64,000 nucleotides of DNA from an uncultured delta proteobacterium. Its GTDB lineage: Bacteria; Myxococcota; Myxococcia; Myxococcales; Myxococcaceae. A program made the translations under genes and the position numbers. Below the pieces are notes generated by a model, which saw only the letters and a program-made list of their open reading frames with translations, was not told where the DNA came from and searched no databases. Positions 49,389-59,605 of the stretch are shown here, in pieces (position 1 is the stretch's first letter; each line of letters starts with the position of its first letter). The stretch lies in NCBI GenBank assembly GCA_963771175.1, contig CAVYSY010000022.1:64001-128000 (forward strand), given 5' to 3'.

Positions 49389-51254
49389 ATGCCCATGAAG
49401 CGATTGAACCTGGCCCTGGCGGTGCTGGCCCTGGCGGTGACGGCGGGGGCCTGTGCGTCCCGCTCGGACTCGGAAGGGTCCGAGGCGGAGGAGACGCCGG
49501 CCGTGGACACCTCGCGGCGAGAGCTGGCCGAGGAGCAGCCCGGCGGCATCGTCGTGGACTTCAAGGACGGCACCACCAAGGCCGAGTTCGATGCCTGGGA
49601 GTCCGCCTGGGGGGTGGACCTCGAGTTCAACTCCGTGGAGGGCGAGCAGTCGGGCGTGACGATCGCCCGGGGCGTGGGGGACGTGGACGCGGCGCTCGCG
49701 CGCATCCGCCAGAACCCGGCCGTCGAGTCCGCCGAGCCGCTGATGATGTACTCGGTGCCGCCCGCGGAGGAGGCCGCGTCCGACCTGGAGGCCCCCAGCG
49801 AGGCGCCGAGCAAGGACGGCTACACGCCGAATGATCCGGACTACCCCAAGCAGTGGAACTTCCGGATGATCCACATGCCCAAGGCCTGGGAGGAGAGCCG
49901 GGGCAAGGGCGTGGTGGTGGCGGTGCTGGACACGGGCATCGCCTACGAGGACCACGACGACTTCAAGCAGGTGCCGGACCTCAAGGGGGCGAAGTTCAAG
50001 AAGGGCTACGACTTCGTCAACGACGACGAGCACGCCAATGACGACCACGGGCACGGCACGCACGTGGCGGGCACCATCGCCCAGGCGACCAACAACGGTC
50101 TGGGCGTGGCGGGCGTGGCCTTCGAGGCGACGCTGATGCCGGTAAAGGTGCTGAACCACTTCGGTTCGGGCACGTCGGCGGACATCGCCGATGCCATCCG
50201 CTTCGCGGCGGACGAGGGGGCCAACGTCATCAACATGTCCCTGGGTGGTGGGGGCTACTCGAAGGTGATGGCGGATGCCGTGGAGTACGCCCGGAAGAAG
50301 GGCGTCACGGTGGTGGCGGCGGCGGGCAACGCCGGGCGCCCGCGGGTGGAGTTCCCGGCGGCGTACCCGGGCGCGGTGGCGGTGTCCGCGGTGGGTCCGA
50401 ATGGCACGCGCGCCCCGTACTCGTCCTATGGCAAGGAGCTGGATATCGCGGCCCCGGGTGGGGACAAGCGCCAGGGCGACGCGGGCGGCATCCTGCAGAA
50501 CACCATCGACCCGCGCGATCCCTCGCGCTCCGTCTACGCCGCCTACCAGGGCACGAGCATGGCCACCCCGCATGTGGCGGCGGTGGCGGCGCTGCTGTAC
50601 GCCGAGGGCGCGACGGGGCCGGACGAGGTGGAGAAGGCTCTCTACGCGGGCGCGAAGCGGAGCGGACAGGCCTGGACGGAGGAGTACGGGCACGGGCTGC
50701 TGGATGCCGAGGCCTCGCTGAAGGCGCTCGGGGGCGGGGCCTCGCGCTGGTCGCCGCTGTGGTGGGCCCTGGCCCTGCTGGCGATCGTGCTGCTGACGAT
50801 GCGCGGGCGCGAGCGTCCGGGCTACCTCAACGTCCTCTTCCGCCCGAGCTTCTTCGTGCCGCTGCTGCTGGCCACGGTGGGCGTGTTCTTCGCGCGCTCG
50901 TGGTTCGGTGGGGCCTCGGGCGTGGCGGGGGACGTGGTGGACGCCGCCTGGCTGCCCATCCCCGACTGGCAGCGCATCATCTTCGGCCGGGGCAAGACGG
51001 CCAACCCGCTCTTCTACAGCGCGCTCATCCCCCTGCTGCTGTCCTTCCTGGCCATCAAGTTCCAGGGGCTGCGCGGGGCCATCGGCGGGCTCGCGTTGGG
51101 CTTCGCCGGCTTCCTCGCCTACGCCGCCTGGGCCAAGGCGCCCGCACTGGCCTGGATGCCCTTCTCGTTCCTCGCCATGCCCTGGCTGGTGGTCAATACC
51201 TTCATCTGCCTCATCATCGCGCGGGCCATGCTGCGCAAGGAGTCGGCGGTATGA
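49389..51254 (+). CDS. S8 subtilisin-like peptidase, lipoprotein with C-terminal multi-TM domain
   Basis: VAVLDTG, HGHGTHVAG, AAAGN, GTSMATPHVA; about 5 C-terminal TM helices. Confidence 0.92.
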   Translation: MPMKRLNLALAVLALAVTAGACASRSDSEGSEAEETPAVDTSRRELAEEQPGGIVVDFKDGTTKAEFDAWESAWGVDLEFNSVEGEQSGVTIARGVGDVDAALARIRQNPAVESAEPLMMYSVPPAEEAASDLEAPSEAPSKDGYTPNDPDYPKQWNFRMIHMPKAWEESRGKGVVVAVLDTGIAYEDHDDFKQVPDLKGAKFKKGYDFVNDDEHANDDHGHGTHVAGTIAQATNNGLGVAGVAFEATLMPVKVLNHFGSGTSADIADAIRFAADEGANVINMSLGGGGYSKVMADAVEYARKKGVTVVAAAGNAGRPRVEFPAAYPGAVAVSAVGPNGTRAPYSSYGKELDIAAPGGDKRQGDAGGILQNTIDPRDPSRSVYAAYQGTSMATPHVAAVAALLYAEGATGPDEVEKALYAGAKRSGQAWTEEYGHGLLDAEASLKALGGGASRWSPLWWALALLAIVLLTMRGRERPGYLNVLFRPSFFVPLLLATVGVFFARSWFGGASGVAGDVVDAAWLPIPDWQRIIFGRGKTANPLFYSALIPLLLSFLAIKFQGLRGAIGGLALGFAGFLAYAAWAKAPALAWMPFSFLAMPWLVVNTFICLIIARAMLRKESAV

Positions 51255-51466
51255 AGCTGACCGGCCGCGTGGTGTTCCGCGACATCGAGGGGGGCGTCTG
51301 GGTGCTGGAAGGTGACGACGGGCGCACCTACCAGCTCGCCGGCGGCGACCGGAAGATCAAGAAGGATGGTCAGCGTGTGGAGGTCCACGGCGACGTGGCC
51401 CGCGACGTGATGACCGCCGCCATGGTGGGTCCCGTGTTCAACGTGGACTCCTACACCTTCCTCTGA
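51251..51466 (+). CDS. Small hypothetical protein (DUF5818-like)
   Basis: MKLTGRVVFRDIEGGVWVLEGDDGRTYQL; overlaps the S8 stop codon. Confidence 0.7.
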   Translation: MKLTGRVVFRDIEGGVWVLEGDDGRTYQLAGGDRKIKKDGQRVEVHGDVARDVMTAAMVGPVFNVDSYTFL

Positions 51467-51467
51467 G

Positions 51468-51872
51468 TCAGTGGTGCGGCCCTCCCGAGGGGGGCCGCAC
51501 CATCCGTTGCAGCAGGTGCTCGAGGGCCTTCGTCGGGTCCTCGCACAGCCCCGAGTGCACGGGGCCCGTCTGGATCATCGTGCTGCGGGGCGCCACCAGC
51601 CAGTGGAAGCGCTCCTTCTGCGGCAGTTGTCCGATGGGCCCCGCCGCCTTGCCTCCCGTGCAGATGCGCGGGATGGACTCCAGGTGGCTTCGCAGCAGCT
51701 CCACGTCGGCGTCCGGCGCGAGCGCCAGCAGGCGCCGCTCGTCCAGCTCCACCCGTGCCTCGAGGTAGCGGCGGGTGAGGCAGTAGAGGATGACGCCCGC
51801 GTTGATGAACTCCTCGCGATCCACTCGCGGGACGACGCGCACGATGGCGTAATCAAAGCTGTGCCCGGGCAC
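51468..51872 (-). CDS. DUF3037 domain protein
   Basis: YAIVRVVPRVDREEFINAGVIL, ERFHWLVAPRSTMIQTGPVHSG. Confidence 0.88.
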   Translation of the reverse strand: MPGHSFDYAIVRVVPRVDREEFINAGVILYCLTRRYLEARVELDERRLLALAPDADVELLRSHLESIPRICTGGKAAGPIGQLPQKERFHWLVAPRSTMIQTGPVHSGLCEDPTKALEHLLQRMVRPPSGGPHH

Positions 51873-52636
51873 GCCGCGCCTCCTCGATGAACGCCGGTGC
51901 CGCTTCCAGGCGCTTCAGCAGGTATTCGACATAGGCCGCCCGGTGCTCCGCCGCCGTGGCGAAGCGGGGTTCCGCTCCGGCGCCCAGCCAGGCTTCCGGG
52001 ATGCACCCGACGGCGTGGTGGATGAGGTCCGCCGTCAGCCGCTGGCGCAGGCTCGCCTCCGCCTCGGGCAGCGCCGAGGCCCAGGGGAGCAGCACATGAT
52101 CTCGGATGGCCGTGAAGCGGCTCTGGCTGCGCTCCAGGTAGTCGTCCCACGCGTGGTGGAAGTACAGGGACGCGCCGTGGTCGATGAGCCACAGTTTCTT
52201 GTGCCAGCTCAGGAGGTTCGGGTTCTTCGGCGTGCGGTCCACGTTCGTCACGTAGGCGTCGAAGCACACGATGGCCGAGGCCTCCGCCGCTGTCCGGTGC
52301 CGGGCCCACCGTCGGATCGAAGGTGATGGAGCCTGGCAGGTAGTCCATGCCCAGGTTGAGCCCCGCGCTCGCCTTGAGCAAGTCGCGGATCTCCCCGTCC
52401 GGCTCGGCGCGGCCCAGGACGGGGTCCAGCTCCACCAGCACGAGCTCGGGCACGCGCAGGCCCAGAGCGCGCGCCAGCTCGCCCGAGATGATCTCGGCGA
52501 TGAGCGCCTTGGTTCCCTGGCCCGCCCCCCGGAACTTCAGGACGTACAGGCCCGAGTCCTCCGCCTCGACGATGGCCGGCAGCGAGCCGCCCTCGCGCAG
52601 CGGTGTCACGTAGCGTGTCGCGGTAATTGTCCTCAC
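51853..52636 (-). CDS. HipA-like kinase (one frameshift near 52290)
   Basis: YVTPLREGGSLP, VLKFRGAGQG, FDAYVTNVDRTPKNPNLL, LIDHG. Confidence 0.85.
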
Positions 52637-52644
52637 GCGTCAAT

Positions 52645-52678
52645 CCTCATCCCAACCCTCTTCCCGGGGGAGAGGGGG
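52645..52678. repeat. REP-like palindromic element (CCTCA(Y)CCC..CCCTCT(Y)CC..GGGAGAGGG family)
   Basis: Related intergenic copies at about 8789-8813, 43690-43721, 56979-57005 and 63383-63419. Confidence 0.6.
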
Positions 52679-52687
52679 TTCCTACCC

Positions 52688-53872
52688 TCAGGGTACATCG
52701 AGCCTCTTCTGTCTGGACTGTCTCGCCCGCTCCTTCGCGTACTCCTCGATCGGCACCTCGCCCCGGCGGGCGCGGATTCGAAGCTGGTACAGGGCCTCGC
52801 GCTCGGCTTGCAGTGCGTCCGGTGCGTCCTTGGGCACGGGGGCGAGCCGGTAGTTCTGGTCGAGCACGCTGAGCTGGATGCCGCGAGTGTCCAGGACCAC
52901 GTAGGTCCCCAGCGACAGCGCCGCGGCGAACACCCAGGGGCTCGCCAACCGCAGCAGCCTGGGCAGGGGCTCCAGCCGGACGGGTCCCTCCGGGGCCTCC
53001 AGGACGTCTGGACGGGGAGGGCCCCCCAGCAGGTTCGGGAAGCGGTGCGCGCCGGCCAGCAACCCCCAGAGAGCCGCGTTGCCCACGAGCGCGATCATCA
53101 AGAGGGCCAGCAGCTCCTGCGAGGTGGGCGCCTGCTGCGGGGACTCGATGTCCTTGGCGACGAAGAACAGCGCCGTGGACACGATGTTGTTGGCCGCGTG
53201 CGCGAGGATGCCCGGCCACAGCGAGCCGGTGCGCAGCATCAGCCAGCCGAACAGCACGCCCAGCTCCAGGCGCGCCAGGAAGCCCACCGGATCCAGATGG
53301 AAGAGGCTGAAGACGACCGCTGAGATGACGATGGCTTGCTGGGAGCGGCCTCCCGGTGCCTTCAACCCCTGGAACAAGACGCCCCGGAAGAAGAACTCCT
53401 CGCACACCGGGGCCCCGAGGCCCACGCTCGCGATGATGAGGGCCAGCTCCACCGGCGTCTGCCCGCGGAAGATGGCCGACATGTCGTAGATCTGCTGCCA
53501 CGACTTGGGGAGCAGCGACTGGGAGACGAACTGCACGGGCGCGACGACGGCGAAGAAGTTGACCGCGCCCAGGATGAACCCGAAGGCCGCCGGCGCGAGT
53601 CTCGGGGAGGACAGGCCCGTGTAGCGCACCGGATCCCTCTCCGTGATGCGCAGCACGTACCAGCCCAGGCCGAAGAACACGAAGATCTCGGTGAACCAGA
53701 TGCCGAAGGCCACGTTGAGCGTCTGCACCGAGGCCCCCACCAGCAGGAAGGCCATGAAGACGACGCCCGTGGCGACGACCGCCACGGTACGTGGGTCGAC
53801 CCAGGGGGTCCGAGGGGGGCTGGGGGTGACTTCTTCCACCGGCTTTCTCCGGCTGCGAGGGGGTGCGTTCAA
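52688..53872 (-). CDS. CPBP (CAAX) family intramembrane metalloprotease
   Basis: EEFFFRG, FSLFH, AHAANN; many TM helices. Start is uncertain. Confidence 0.88.
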   Translation of the reverse strand: MNAPPRSRRKPVEEVTPSPPRTPWVDPRTVAVVATGVVFMAFLLVGASVQTLNVAFGIWFTEIFVFFGLGWYVLRITERDPVRYTGLSSPRLAPAAFGFILGAVNFFAVVAPVQFVSQSLLPKSWQQIYDMSAIFRGQTPVELALIIASVGLGAPVCEEFFFRGVLFQGLKAPGGRSQQAIVISAVVFSLFHLDPVGFLARLELGVLFGWLMLRTGSLWPGILAHAANNIVSTALFFVAKDIESPQQAPTSQELLALLMIALVGNAALWGLLAGAHRFPNLLGGPPRPDVLEAPEGPVRLEPLPRLLRLASPWVFAAALSLGTYVVLDTRGIQLSVLDQNYRLAPVPKDAPDALQAEREALYQLRIRARRGEVPIEEYAKERARQSRQKRLDVP

Positions 53873-53918
53873 AACACGACACGCAGGGGTGAGGCGCTTC
53901 TATAATGCCCGGACTTTG

Positions 53919-55358
53919 ATGCGCTTCCCGCGACGAACGCCAGGCTGGATACAGACCGTGGGGCGACTTGTTCTCCGAGGGGCGGGCCCGTGCGTGGCGC
54001 TGCTGGCGTCGGGGACAGCCGCCGCGTCCGCGTTCCATCTCGAGGCGCGCACCGAGGCGCAGGTGTACCAGATCCGCGCCTGGAGGGGTGCGTCTCCCGA
54101 GGAGCCGGTGCTGCTGCCGCGCCGGCGCATCGTTCAGTACCTGGGGCTCACCGGGTACGAGCTCGTCACCGGGGAGGACCTGGGTTTCGAGTCCAGCCTG
54201 CGCATCTTCGCGGACTTCGGCCTGCCGCGTGGCGAGGCCGCGAAGGTGGATGGGCTCCGCTCGGAGGATGCGGACCTGCTCTACGCCTTCGTCCGTTATG
54301 GGGGGAAGGGGTTCGAGGGGCGGCTGGGGCGGCAGGTCTACGGGGACGTGTCGGATCTCCTGGTCTTCGATGGAGCGCGGCTGCGCTACGTGAGCCCGCT
54401 GGGGCTCGGGGCCGAGGTGTACGGAGGGTTGTGGGTGAAGGGGGCGGGGTTCCTGGCCTCGTCGGTGTACCAGCCCGAGGGGACGCGGGAGAGCGATGAG
54501 CGGCGACTCGAGCAGGGCGTGCCCGGTGCGGACCCGACGCTGACGGCTCTCGAGCCGGTGTACGGCGCGAAGCTGCTGCTGGAGGACCTGAAGGGCGTGT
54601 CCGCCGCGCTGGGTTACCGCCGGGCCCTGGTCGCGGGGAAGACGGACCTCGAGCGCGCGACGCTGGAGGCGCGGTACGGACGGGGGCTCGGGGTGGGCGC
54701 GGTGGCGGGGGTGGACTTCGATCTGTTGCGGATGCGGCTCGCGCAGGCCCGCGCGCAGGTGCGGTGGGACGGGGAGCGGCTGGCGGTGAGCGGCGAGGCG
54801 CTGCGGCTCTCGCCGGTCTTCTCCGCGGACTCCATCTGGTACTGGTTCGCCTTCGCTCCGAGGGACGAGGCGCGGGTGCGCGTGGACTTCTTCCCGCGAG
54901 GCGCGCTGCGCTACTACGCGCAGGGCGTGGCGAGCCTGTACCACACGGAGCTCAACAGCGGCCTGCGGCTGGCGGAGGCGGCGCGGGAGCCCGGGGGCCC
55001 GCCGTCCTACACCGCGGGAGGCTCGGCGGGCGCGGCGCTGCGGTGGGGCCGCTTCCGCTCGGCGCTGGACGTGTCGTACCGGCGAGGCTACGGGGGCTCG
55101 CAGCTCTGGACGGACCTCACCGCCGGCTATGGCTTCGGTGATGGGCGCTTTACCCTGGACGGGCGGCTCTCCATGGCGCGCATCGATGACGCGTTCAACC
55201 CGCTGCTGGCGGGCGATTTCTTCGGCGCGCAGGTGTGGGCCAGCCAGGTGCTGACCCGAGCGGCGCGCGTGTCCCTGGTGCTCGAGCAGAACGTGAACCC
55301 GTTCACCCGCTGGGACTCCAAGGTGTTCTTCCTCTTCGACCTGAAGGCGAGCCTGTAG
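53919..55358 (+). CDS. Probable outer-membrane beta-barrel protein
   Basis: Signal-like N-terminus, alternating amphipathic beta strands (RLGRQ motif), C-terminal FLFDLKASL. Confidence 0.65.
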   Translation: MRFPRRTPGWIQTVGRLVLRGAGPCVALLASGTAAASAFHLEARTEAQVYQIRAWRGASPEEPVLLPRRRIVQYLGLTGYELVTGEDLGFESSLRIFADFGLPRGEAAKVDGLRSEDADLLYAFVRYGGKGFEGRLGRQVYGDVSDLLVFDGARLRYVSPLGLGAEVYGGLWVKGAGFLASSVYQPEGTRESDERRLEQGVPGADPTLTALEPVYGAKLLLEDLKGVSAALGYRRALVAGKTDLERATLEARYGRGLGVGAVAGVDFDLLRMRLAQARAQVRWDGERLAVSGEALRLSPVFSADSIWYWFAFAPRDEARVRVDFFPRGALRYYAQGVASLYHTELNSGLRLAEAAREPGGPPSYTAGGSAGAALRWGRFRSALDVSYRRGYGGSQLWTDLTAGYGFGDGRFTLDGRLSMARIDDAFNPLLAGDFFGAQVWASQVLTRAARVSLVLEQNVNPFTRWDSKVFFLFDLKASL

Positions 55359-56535
55359 ATGGACCGCCGGTACCGCACAGCCCTGGGGCTGCTCGTCCTG
55401 TCCTTCGTGGCGGCTGGAATCACCTGGGCGGCCACGGGACGCGAGCGCAGCCTCGCCGTCTACCCGGCCCAGCACATCCCGCTGCGCTTCGACCACAAGC
55501 AGCACCTGGAGGCGGGGGCCGAGTGCGTCTCCTGCCACGACGCGGCTCGCGCGAGTGGCTCGGTGAAGGACCGCAACCTCCCGGGCCACGAGGAGTGCGA
55601 GTCCTGCCACGACATCGAGGCGGCGCGGAAGGGCGAGAAGACGGACCCGGCGGCGAGCTGCGGCACATGCCACCCGGGGTTCGATTCCACGGTGCGTCTG
55701 GCGCCGGCGAAGGTGGACGTGCCTTCCGCCAACCTGCTCTTCAACCACAAGGTGCACGTGGACAAGAAGGTGGAGTGCACGAAGTGCCATGGTGCCATGA
55801 CGGACGTGCAGCTCGCCTCGCGGCAGCAGCTCCCGAAGATGGCCACCTGCTTCGAGTGCCATGATGGCAACGTGGCCTCCAAGGCGTGCGGCACCTGCCA
55901 CCTGACGCAGCCCTCGGGGCGGCTGCAGCTCACGTTCCCCTCGGGGGTGCTGCGGCCGATGCAGGGCAACCCGCTGGGGATGGACCACGGGCCCCGGTAC
56001 GAGTTCTCCCACGGCAGCCGAGCGTCGGTGGACCGGCAGACGTGCCTGTCGTGCCACGCGGAGTCCTACTGCCAGACGTGCCACGACGCGCTGCAAAAGC
56101 CGCTGTCGGTGCACCCGAACGACTACCTCACGCTGCACCCTGTGCAGGCGCGGCAGGACTCCACCCGGTGCTCGAGCTGCCACCGGATGCAGTCCTTCTG
56201 TGCCGCGTGCCACGAGCGCACGGGGGTGGGAATGGACGCGGACTCGCTCGCTGCGCCCGCGCAACGTGAAGATCCACCCGGACTACAACACGTGGGTCGA
56301 GGTACCGGGACCCCAGCACCACGGAGTCATGGCCTCGAGGGATCTCCAGTCGTGCGTGTCCTGCCACCGCGAGGAGTCCTGCATGAGCTGCCACTCGGCG
56401 CGCTCCGAGCGCCGGCAGGTGAACCCGCACCCGGATGGGTTCGGCGCGGCGTGCAAGCGGCTGGCGGCGGCCAACGACAGGCCCTGCCTCAAGTGCCACA
56501 CCGAGACGAGCCTGGTGCAGAAGGGGTGTCTCTGA
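55359..56535 (+). CDS. Multiheme c-type cytochrome with 13 CxxCH motifs (frameshift near 56250)
   Basis: Signal peptide; 10 CxxCH before the frameshift and 3 after; FDHKQH/FNHKVH cytochrome c3/c7-type His ligands. Confidence 0.88.
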
Positions 56536-56963
56536 TGCGCCGGTTGCTGCTCGTGGGCCTGTTGGAAACCGCCGCGTGTCTGGAGCCGGGCGACCCGTTC
56601 CTCGCCACGCGCGACATGGATCCACCCGAGGTGGTGTCCACCGAGCCGGGCGCCGGAGGCACGTTGCCCGCGGATGGAACGCTGCAGATCCTTTTCTCCG
56701 AGACGATGGACGTGCGCACGCTGCGCCCGGGAATCGCTGTCTTCGAGGGCCGGACGGAGGTGCCCCTGTCGCTGACGGTGCCGCCGAACGTGGACGAGGA
56801 CGTCGAGCACGGGGACGTGCCCTACACCGTCACCGTGAGGGCGGAGGCGGGGGCGCTCGAGCCGGGCACGGCGTACACGCTGGTGATGCGCACCTCGCTG
56901 ATGGATTTCGAGGGCAATGCGCTCCTGCGTGAGGTGCGGGTGCCCTTCCGTACAGCGCCCTGA
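56535..56963 (+). CDS. Ig-like (Big_5) domain lipoprotein
   Basis: AAC lipobox-like, DPPEVVSTEP, ILFSETMD, YTLV…DFEGNAL…FRT. Confidence 0.8.
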   Translation: MRRLLLVGLLETAACLEPGDPFLATRDMDPPEVVSTEPGAGGTLPADGTLQILFSETMDVRTLRPGIAVFEGRTEVPLSLTVPPNVDEDVEHGDVPYTVTVRAEAGALEPGTAYTLVMRTSLMDFEGNALLREVRVPFRTAP

Positions 56964-56978
56964 GGCAGGGGGGCCAGG

Positions 56979-57005
56979 CCCTCTCCCCGAGGCGGGGAGA
57001 GGGGA
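56979..57005. repeat. REP-like palindrome / bidirectional terminator
   Basis: ccctctcccc-gaggc-ggggagaggg between convergent genes. Confidence 0.65.
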
Positions 57006-57011
57006 CGTTGC

Positions 57012-59600
57012 TCACTGGTGGCGCAGGTAGCGGGAAATCTCCTCGGCGAACTGCTTGGAGGCCGCCACGTCGGGCGCCGCCGGACCTAGCTTCAGCTTCT
57101 TGTCCTCCTCGACGAGGTAGCGCTGGTCCAGCATGTACGTCACCGCGTTCTCCAGGGTCACCTTGGCCAGGGACTCGGCCGCGGTGATGCGCCCCGAGAG
57201 GTACTCGGCCCGGCCCAGCTCCAGCGCCTGCTTCACGAAGGACTTGCGATCCATCGCCGCGCCCGTGGCCACCTCCTGCAGCGTGAGGGCGGCGATCAGG
57301 TAGGACTCCAGGTAGTCGCGCAGCAGGTCCGCCAGGAACTCCAGCTCGGGGCGAGCGTGGGGCTCGGGAGCCACGCTGAGCGTGTCCCCCTGATGCAGCA
57401 CCAGCCCCATCCGCACCAGCCGCTCCACCACCTCCGCGAAGATGGTGTCGAAGCTGGCGCCCACCCGGTAGATGAACTCCAACTTGAAGAGTCGCGACAG
57501 CCACAGCGCCCGGGCCTTCACCTCGTCGAATGACGCCGGCGCCCCCGCCAGCAGCGCGTTGGCCACGAGGCTGCGCGCCGCCACCAGGTTCATCAGCGTG
57601 TTCTTGTAGAAGGACAGCTCGGCGCGGCGGTTGTCCTCGGCCTGATAGATGACGTCGCCGCGCGCCTTCTGCGTGCGGACCATCCCGTCCGAGCAGAACG
57701 TGCGCATGGCGTCCTGGATGGGACCCATGGCCTCGGGGTTGCTCGGCGAGTTCACCAGCGTCTTGGAGAGGGGAGCCTCTCCTCCTCGGCGATGCGGCGC
57801 AGGATGGTGATGCGATCCGTCAGCTCGCGGAGGGTCATGCCGCGCCGGCGGTGGGACGAGCAGGGCCGCGCTCACCAGCGCGTGCGGCGTCACCGTGGAC
57901 ACCTTGCTGATGCCGTACATCATCCGGTTGCCCAGCGCGCGCACCAGGCCCTTCTTCTGCTCGTCCGACGATGGGCTTGCCCGGGTCGAGCCCGCGGCTC
58001 TTCATCAGCTCCACCAGCGACATGGGGCTCGTCGAAGGTGAGGTGGATGCGCCCGTAGCGCGCGGTGAGCACCTTGGGCGTGCTCAGCAGGGCCTTGAGG
58101 TCCTCGGGCTTCTTCTCGCCGCCGGCCAGCTCCTTCGAGTAGCTGCCTCCCTCGACCACCTTCTCGTAGTCGATGGACACCGGCACGAAGATCGAGGTCG
58201 TTGCGCGCGCCCTCGAGCACGGCGTCCACCTGCCAGGTGAACATGCCCAGCTTGGGCTGCAGCAGCTTGCCGGTGCGCGAGCGACCGCCCTCGGGGAAGA
58301 ACTCCTGGTGCACGCCGTCGTGCACGAGCTTCTTCACGTAGGCGCTGAAGGACGCGGCGTAGACCTTGTCGTCCTTGAAGGAGCGGCGCAGGAAGAAGGC
58401 GCCGCAGCGGCGGAGGAGGGGCCCGAGCGGCCAGAAGGAGAGGTTGGCGCCCGCGGCCACCAGCGGCACCGCGTAGCCGCGGTTCCAGAGCACCCAGCTC
58501 ATGACCAGGTAGTCCACGTGGCTCTTGTGCGAGGGGCACAGCACCACGGGCGCCTTGCTGGCGGCCTTCAGCGCCCGCTCGAGCCCCGCCTCGTCCACCT
58601 CGATGCCGTCGTAGATGCGGTTGAAGACCCAGGCCAGGACCGGCGAGACGAAGGCCAGCGTCGTGGGGCTGGGCTGCGCGGCGATGGCCTCCAGGTTGCG
58701 CCGGGCCTCGCGCTGCACGCTCTCGGGCCGGCGGTTGCTCTCGGCGGCCACCTCGTCCAGCGACTTGCGCAGCGTCCGGTCGCGCAGCGTCTCGTCGATG
58801 ATGCGGTCGGTGGACTTCACCGGCGGCCCGAAGACGGCGCGCGTCTCGCGGGCGAGGTGGTGGTGCAGGGCGCTGCGCACCTTGCGCGCGATGAGCTCGT
58901 CGGAGTCCTCGCGGGTTCTCCTCGATGAAGCGCTTGCAGGTCGATGGGCTCGCCCACGCGGAACTGCGCGCGGTGGTAGTTGCGGAAGAAGGCCACCATC
59001 GAGTGCACGAAGCCGGGCGCGTCCGGGCTGCCGAAGACGTGGTCCAACAGGCTCGGCTTGAGCGGGCAGGTGCGCTTCTCCCAGACGAAGAGCTCCGGCA
59101 CCAGGAAGACGGTGCTGGTCGCTCTTGCGCGCCATGTCCACCAGGGCGGGGAAGGGGTTCTCCTCGATGTCCTTGCCCGCGGCGCTCAGCAGGGCCGTCT
59201 TCCTGAGGAAGATGAGGCCGCTGCCGCCCTGGCGCCGCGCGTAGGTGAAGCGCACGTCGAAGTCGCCGCGCTGGGCGGTGCTGGCGGAAGGGGCGGGTGA
59301 ACCAGGGCCGCAGGTTCACCACCGCGCGCACGGGCGGCAGCGCCGCGGCGCACCAGGGCCCAGGCCAGGTAGAGGAAGTTGATCCACGCCGTGGAGCGCA
59401 TCACGTGCACCACGAAGCCGCGTTCGCGTGCAGCGCGCGCAGCTCGTCCTCGGCCTCGGCGGGGAAGCGGATCGCCGTCGAAGTAGCGCTCGCCCAGCGA
59501 GCCGGGAGACGGGGCCGAACTCGTTCCTTGAGGCCTCGTTGGGACTCGCGGGCTGAACCAGTGAGGCGTCCACGGTGCTGTCCCCCTTGTGCCACGAGTG
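57012..59600 (-). CDS. plsB: Glycerol-3-phosphate acyltransferase (multiple frameshifts; start approximate)
   Basis: PSHKSHVDY, GAFFLRRSF, EFFPEGGRSRTGKLL, PVSIDYE, LSFYKN. Confidence 0.85.
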
Positions 59601-59605
59601 CCTCG

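Noticed and set aside
52647..56264. Very long antisense ORFs (1205 aa here; also 12143-14317, 15693-17741, 20458-22692, 32971-35325)
   Set aside because: Shadow ORFs expected opposite high-GC genes; no recognisable domains.
55359..56963. 534-aa cytochrome-Ig fusion in the ORF track
   Set aside because: Artefact of the frameshift near 56250. The true cytochrome frame stops at 56535, where the Ig-like gene starts with its own signal sequence.
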